From Myxococcota bacterium (GTDB lineage Bacteria > Myxococcota_A > UBA796 > SXON01), in NCBI GenBank assembly GCA_040386535.1, contig JAZKFH010000026.1, positions 54,062 through 78,137 on the forward strand: a DNA stretch of 24,076 bases, given 5' to 3'. The notes below the pieces were generated by a model, which saw only the letters and a list, made by a program, of their open reading frames with translations, did not search any database and had not been told where the DNA came from. The position numbers and the translations under genes were made by a program. Each line of letters opens with the position of its first letter. Within the stretch, counting starts at the first letter, position 1. This document shows positions 18,395-24,076 of this stretch, piece after piece.

Positions 18395-19234
18395 TTAATA
18401 CGCCGGCGTGAGCAGCCCCTCGATCACGTGGTGCTGGACGACAGGCTCGAGCTGGTCGACGAGGCGGTACGTCAGGTGGTCGAGCACGCGGGCGGGCAGG
18501 GCGGCTGCGTAGGCGCGGGTGACTTGGAGATCGTGGTGGGCGGCGTTGGTAGCGCCCGGCGCGTCGACCCCGACGACGAGCACGGGGCGGGCCTGGGCGG
18601 AGCGGTTGGCCGTGCCGCGGTGAATGGTGAGCGCCGAGCGGGCGGAGATGTCCCCCATTTGTGGCATTTTCCGTACCATCCGTCCGGCGTAGCGGGCCGC
18701 GAGCTCGGCGGGCGGGAACATGCCGTTCGGGTAGCCAGACAAATTGTCCCACTGGGTGCCGAGCGCGATCTCGAGCGGCCCCATCTCGCGCACGGTGTCG
18801 ACCGCCGTGAGGTTGAACGCGAGCGAGTCGAGCCGGCGCTCCTTCCGGGTGGTGTCCGGCGCGGCGAAGTCGCGGTGCCAGGGCTGGTCCGCCGCGCCGG
18901 GAAAGGGGATGTCGAAGCCCACCTCGACGACCTTGTAGTCCAGGCCGAGCACCGCCTCGCACACCGCCACGAGCCACGGATGCGTCACGATGTCGACGAA
19001 CCCGCGGATCCGCTCCGGCTGCACCTCGACGTACCAGCGCGCCGGGCCGCGCGGCAGCGTGCCGCCGGGCACCTGCTTCGCCTCGTCGAACAAGCGCTCG
19101 ATGTCCTCGCGCATCCGCACCACCCAGTCGCGGGCGAACGCGCCGGGAAGGGCGATGATGCCATCCCCGTAGAGGCCGCCCATGATGGCGGCGGTGTCAT
19201 AGGTGGCGCCTTTGGTGGCGGTGTCATCTTCCAT
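18395..19234 (-). CDS. Phytanoyl-CoA dioxygenase (PhyH) family Fe(II)/2OG oxygenase
   Basis: HxD...H facial triad ('QPWHRDF' ... 'TIHRG..N.S...R') and 'MGPLEIALGTQ'. GAGG RBS. Confidence 0.9.
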   Translation of the reverse strand: MEDDTATKGATYDTAAIMGGLYGDGIIALPGAFARDWVVRMREDIERLFDEAKQVPGGTLPRGPARWYVEVQPERIRGFVDIVTHPWLVAVCEAVLGLDYKVVEVGFDIPFPGAADQPWHRDFAAPDTTRKERRLDSLAFNLTAVDTVREMGPLEIALGTQWDNLSGYPNGMFPPAELAARYAGRMVRKMPQMGDISARSALTIHRGTANRSAQARPVLVVGVDAPGATNAAHHDLQVTRAYAAALPARVLDHLTYRLVDQLEPVVQHHVIEGLLTPAY

Positions 19235-19326
19235 GCAACCTCGCGCGGATCCGTGGATATCTGCTGCGTGGCGGGCGGGCGGCGGGGGGCCGGCGGACGG
19301 GACGATTCATGGCACTTGGTCGAGCT

Positions 19327-19713
19327 TCAGCCAGCGGGGCTCGCGTCTGCGCTGCACGCGCGGCCATCCCCGCCTGACGACACCGGCCCATCCAAATCGA
19401 GCACTTGACCGCCATCGCGCTCGGCCAGTGCCAGCGAAATCGAGTAGGCCCACACGCCTTCGGTGCAACGCCGCTCCACACGCATGGAGCGGAACTCCCG
19501 GCGCGAGTCCACCAGCGTGCCCGCGATTTCGATCAGGGCCGCCTCATCTACGACGTCCGTGTTCGGCAGGCGCGAGATGGCGCGGTCCAGCTCGAGAGCA
19601 AGCTCCGAGATCCGCACGGGCGCCGTCATGCGCGCTGTCGGCTCGGCCGACGTGGGGGCGAGCACAACGTAGAACACGCCTACCAGGAGCGCGAACAGCG
19701 CCCAGGTGCCCAT
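19327..19713 (-). CDS. Hypothetical exported protein
   Basis: Hydrophobic N-terminus 'MGTWALFALLVGVFYVVLAPTSA' and two Cys. An alternative start lies at 19737. Confidence 0.6.
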   Translation of the reverse strand: MGTWALFALLVGVFYVVLAPTSAEPTARMTAPVRISELALELDRAISRLPNTDVVDEAALIEIAGTLVDSRREFRSMRVERRCTEGVWAYSISLALAERDGGQVLDLDGPVSSGGDGRACSADASPAG

Positions 19714-19862
19714 CGTGTCGCGCCTGGCTGGGGTCATCGGCGGCGCACCGAGGGCGTCTGCATGTATTGCTCCGGATGCCGCGTTCCTAACGGGTCCCGC
19801 GTTCCCAACTGGGACGCCACGCCGCGGCCGTCGCATACTCCACGGCGTTCGGGCTGGAATTC

Positions 19863-19994
19863 GGGCGCCCCGGCGCCGCGCGGACGCGGCGCCGTCGGCC
19901 CCGCTCCAGTCGAGCGGCGGAGCCGCTCGGTCCCGCCGAGGCGGCGGGGACCGGCCGCCCGAGGACGGGCGGCCGACTTCCGGGCGCCTGGCGC
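19863..19994 (+). repeat. Dispersed structured element, copy D (132 bp)
   Basis: GGGCGCC-C-CGGCGCCGCG(CGGA)CGCGGCGCCG-TC-GGCCCCGC-TCC-AGTC-[3 hairpins]-GACT-TCC-GGGCGCC-T-GGCGC. Confidence 0.8.
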
Positions 19995-20072
19995 GGCCCC
20001 CTCTCGGCGGGAGGGGCCGACGCGGGGTCTGCGATGGCCTCGTCCGGGGCCGCGTACTATGTCGGCCAGGTC

Positions 20073-20546
20073 ATGATCCTCACGTGCCTCCTCGCGTTCG
20101 CCTCCGCAGCGACGGTGCCCGTCGCGGAGATCCGTGGCGGTGTGGTCCGCGGGATCGTCGGTTATCCGGACCTTGTCGGCGGGGAGCTCGGCGCACATCT
20201 GGGTGGCTGGCACCTGGGGCTTGGTTATTCCAACATCATCATCGTCAACTCGGTGTTCGTGCGCGGTGGGCCGGAGTGGGTGGTGTCGAGCACCGAACGT
20301 GACCGGGGCCTCAGCGTGCTTCTCTTCTCGCCGAGCGTGGAGTACCGCGCGTACACACACAGCCACCTCGCGGCGATTCAGCATGGAGGCTCGATCACAG
20401 CGGGGCTGGAGCTGATCGAGCCCCTGGGGGGCGGGTGGATTGCTGACCTGAGGCTCGACGCGGGAGCGGTCTACCTCTTCGACTCGATCCTTCTGCCGCA
20501 CGTGCGCCTGAGCTTCGGCTTCGGCGTTGTCCCAAACGCTCGGTAG
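20073..20546 (+). CDS. Hypothetical secreted protein, possibly a small beta-barrel
   Basis: Signal 'MILTCLLAFASA', amphipathic strands ('WHLGLGYS', 'VRLSFGFG'), and a TACTAT -10-like box at 20055-20060. Confidence 0.6.
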   Translation: MILTCLLAFASAATVPVAEIRGGVVRGIVGYPDLVGGELGAHLGGWHLGLGYSNIIIVNSVFVRGGPEWVVSSTERDRGLSVLLFSPSVEYRAYTHSHLAAIQHGGSITAGLELIEPLGGGWIADLRLDAGAVYLFDSILLPHVRLSFGFGVVPNAR

Positions 20547-20582
20547 CGCGCCCCCCATCGGAAGGTTTTCGAAACGGCCGCC

Positions 20583-20602
20583 GAGTTCGGCGCGCCGAAC
20601 TC
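20583..20602. repeat. Perfect 20-bp palindrome made of the two arms of the 51-bp repeat
   Basis: GAGTTCGGCGCGCCGAACTC, flanked by the same gcc and cgggg context as in the 51-bp units. Confidence 0.85.
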
Positions 20603-20651
20603 CGGGGGGTGTGATCCACTTCAGTCCGCCTGCCAGCGCCAGGCCCGCCCC

Positions 20652-20801
20652 GCGGACCGCAGTCGAGAGATGCTCGGTCATCGGCCGACACCGGTCCTCC
20701 CAGGCGGACCGCGGTCGAGAGATGCTGGGTCATCGGCCGACACCGGTCCTCCCAGGCGGACCGCAGTCGAGAGATGCTTGGTCATCGGCCGACACCGGTC
20801 C
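20652..20801. repeat. Tandem array, about 2.9 copies of a 52-bp hairpin-forming unit
   Basis: Units start at 20652, 20704 and 20756. Unit: gcGGACCGc(a/g)GTCGagaGATGct(c/g/t)ggtCATCggcCGACacCGGTCCtcccag. Confidence 0.95.
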
Positions 20802-20867
20802 GTCCCCGCGATCCCTGGTGCGGACCACACTCGATGCCCCGACGAGGACCGACTGAAACCGATCACA

Positions 20868-21072
20868 CCCAACTCGGGGGATGAGCCGCTATCCCGCGAG
20901 TTCGGCGCGCCCAGCGTGCCGAACTCCGGGGATGAGCCGCTATCCGGCAAGTTCGGCGCGCCCAGCGCGCCGAACTCCAGGGATGAGCCGCTATCCGCCG
21001 AGTTCGGCGCGCCCAGCGCGCCGAACTCCGGGGATGAGCCGCTATCCGCCGAGTTCGGCGCGCCCAGCGCGC
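20868..21072. repeat. Tandem array, 4 copies of a 51-bp palindromic unit
   Basis: AACTC occurs at 20871, 20922, 20973 and 21024. Consensus unit GCGCGCCGAACTC-cgg-GGAT-gagccgct-ATCC-gcc-GAGTTCGGCGCGC-cca. Confidence 0.95.
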
Positions 21073-21162
21073 TACCAACCTGTGCGGCCCGGGTTGTCCC
21101 ACCGGGGGCGAGAACCCGTGGAACAGTCACGAGCGGCGATGGCGCATGTGGTAGCTCCCAGC

Positions 21163-21465
21163 ATGCTGCTCTCCACGATCGCATGGGCCTGCATGGGGGG
21201 AGTTCCTATTGGATACGACGAGCGGTACTCCGTAGATCGGGAGCCCTTTCCGCGGGCGACAATCCCCACGAACGGTGGGCTCGTGGTTTGGGTGGAGAGC
21301 GCGTGCCGGAACGGCGGCTGTCGCCGGAGCTGGGCGGAGGAGCCGGAGGCCATCCCGGGAATACGCGTCGAATTGGCAACGGGCGGACAAGGGGTCCGGA
21401 TCCAAACGCGGGCGCTGGGCGAGCTATCCGTGCACGCGATCGAGGTGCGGCCGCGCGCGAAGTGA
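21163..21465 (+). CDS. Small hypothetical protein, possible lipoprotein
   Basis: 'MLLSTIAWAC...' 100 aa with protein-like composition. An alternative ATG lies at 21139. The upstream part of the 20881 ORF is only repeat translation. Confidence 0.4.
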   Translation: MLLSTIAWACMGGVPIGYDERYSVDREPFPRATIPTNGGLVVWVESACRNGGCRRSWAEEPEAIPGIRVELATGGQGVRIQTRALGELSVHAIEVRPRAK

Positions 21466-21508
21466 GCGCCGTCACAAATCGGCGCGCGGTGCCATGAAAC
21501 ACCACCCC

Positions 21509-21658
21509 GCGCGAGGCGCGCGGAGGGCGCGGGGGCGCGGTAGCGACCCCGCGGTTCGGCGCCGCCCGGCGCGGAGCGCCGGGGTCGCGCCAACGGAGGG
21601 CCTTCGGCCCGACCCCGCAGCGGGCCGACCGCCGGCGTCCTCGCCGGCGGTCGCGCCC
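21509..21658 (-). repeat. Dispersed structured element, copy C (150 bp)
   Basis: Minus strand GGGCGCG-ACCGCCGGCG(AGGA)CGCCGGCGGT-C-GGCCCGC-TGC-GGG...CCC-TCC-GCGCGCC-T-CGCGC, followed by GGGGTG as in copy A. Confidence 0.85.
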
Positions 21659-21683
21659 AGACGGAGCGGTCACCGCGAAGGGT

Positions 21684-22517
21684 TCAGAGCCCGGTGCGCG
21701 TGTTGATCCAGGAGGCGTACGCGTCGACCTTGGTGCTCACGCCGTAGACGGTGCACGCCGAGTCACCGTAGGAGGTGATGCCGGCCACGTAGGTGGTGGT
21801 GCCGCGCGTGATGAAGGCGGGGCCGCCGGAGTCGCCGTTGCAGGGGCCTTCGGGGCCGGAGCCGTCCCCCGTCTGGCGGTAGGAGATCTGGGTCGCCGCG
21901 TCGCCCGCGGAGGGGCAGCCGGAGACCGTGCAGCCGAAGCCGCCGAGCGCGACATCGACCTGGAGCTTCTCGCCGAAGGCACGGGTCTCGTCGTAGCCGA
22001 AGCCGGCGTGGTTGAGGAGCGCGCCGATGTCGGCGCTGGTGAGGGCCTGGGCGGTCGGCAGGTACGGGACCGGCGACACCTCGGTGATGTCCGTGGAGAG
22101 GTGGAGCAGCGCGATGTCGTTGCGGAGCGACGTGGAGCTGTAGGACGCGTGCACGTAGACAGCGTCGACATAGTAGAGGTGGGAGAGCAGGTCGACCGAG
22201 GGATCGTCACCGACGTAGATGCCGAACGTGTTGGCTGCCTTGGCGCGGCTGCGGCTGGTCACGGCGCAGTGGGCGGCGGTGAGGACCCACTCGTTGCCGA
22301 TGAGGGTGCCCGTGCAGAACGGCAGCGTGTAGATGCCACGCTTGGTGCGCTCGTGGATGCCGACGACCGCCTCGTGGTAGGTCTCGGTGGGGGCGTCACC
22401 ACCGTAGATCTTGGGGTCGGCCACACCGCTCGGGCCGGCGCCGGCGAGGAGCTCTTCCTGGGGGGCGCAGCCGGCGAGGACGCCGAACACGAGAGAGGAC
22501 ACGACGAGACGGGACAT
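21684..22517 (-). CDS. Trypsin-like (S1) serine protease, lipoprotein
   Basis: GGAGG RBS, lipobox LAGC, mature N-terminus IYGG and catalytic triad motifs LTAAHC, NDIALL and GDSGGP. Confidence 0.95.
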   Translation of the reverse strand: MSRLVVSSLVFGVLAGCAPQEELLAGAGPSGVADPKIYGGDAPTETYHEAVVGIHERTKRGIYTLPFCTGTLIGNEWVLTAAHCAVTSRSRAKAANTFGIYVGDDPSVDLLSHLYYVDAVYVHASYSSTSLRNDIALLHLSTDITEVSPVPYLPTAQALTSADIGALLNHAGFGYDETRAFGEKLQVDVALGGFGCTVSGCPSAGDAATQISYRQTGDGSGPEGPCNGDSGGPAFITRGTTTYVAGITSYGDSACTVYGVSTKVDAYASWINTRTGL

Positions 22518-22709
22518 GGACAACCTCCGAGACGGAGGATCTACCACAGGAGCATGAGCTGGGCCCGTCGCCGCCACGAGTCGCGGCCGCCGACGTAAGA
22601 GCGGAGTAAGCGACATGCGCGCGCGGACGGGGCCGTGACATCCCGTGACATCCCATGCGTGAAGACCCCGCGAGACCGGCCGAACAGACGGCTCAATCGG
22701 AGTCCGCCC

Positions 22710-24076
<1,367 letters not shown>

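Noticed and set aside
20838..20862. Hammerhead-like core CCGACGAG...GAAAC between the two arrays
   Set aside because: The core reads CCGA rather than CUGA, stem II is at most 2 bp, and I could not build stems I and III with a GUH site.
20652..21072. CRISPR array
   Set aside because: The units are contiguous tandem repeats with no unique spacers, and there are no cas genes in the window.
17287..21465. Integron cassette array explaining the run of small orphan genes
   Set aside because: Gene orientations are mixed, I found no RYYYAAC...GTTRRRY attC pairs, and there is no integrase in the window.
20670..21497. ORFs across the repeat arrays (20670-21497 +, 20678-21184 -, 5' part of 20881-21465)
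   Set aside because: They are open only because the 51-bp GC-rich unit lacks stops in several frames. Composition is not protein-like and no RBS is visible.

Overview
A very GC-rich bacterial window, roughly 70-75% by eye. The lipoprotein repertoire (MopE-like Cys/Asp repeats, lipidated trypsin-like protease, TSP3-like repeats) suggests a Myxococcota-like organism, but this is inference. There are about 22 credible CDSs. Left part: a membrane protein and a B12-binding-type radical SAM enzyme, then an SsuABC/NMT1-type ABC importer coupled to a secreted protein. Middle: a stress trio (BON lipoprotein, general-stress membrane protein, large-subunit catalase KatE), an FAD oxidoreductase, a ~990-aa MopE-repeat/FG-GAP lipoprotein, and a transglutaminase-like protein lacking its catalytic Cys coupled to an NRAMP-like transporter. 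Right part: a PhyH dioxygenase, several small orphans, a serine protease and a truncated TSP3-repeat surface protein. No integrase, transposase, tRNA, rRNA or CRISPR array was seen. The most striking signal is non-coding: four dispersed 124-150 bp intergenic elements (289-412 -, 3275-3416 +, 19863-19994 +, 21509-21658 -). They have diverged in sequence but share one multi-branched fold with many compensatory substitutions. Three unrelated families of hairpin-forming repeats (46, 52 and 51 bp units) lie close to these elements.
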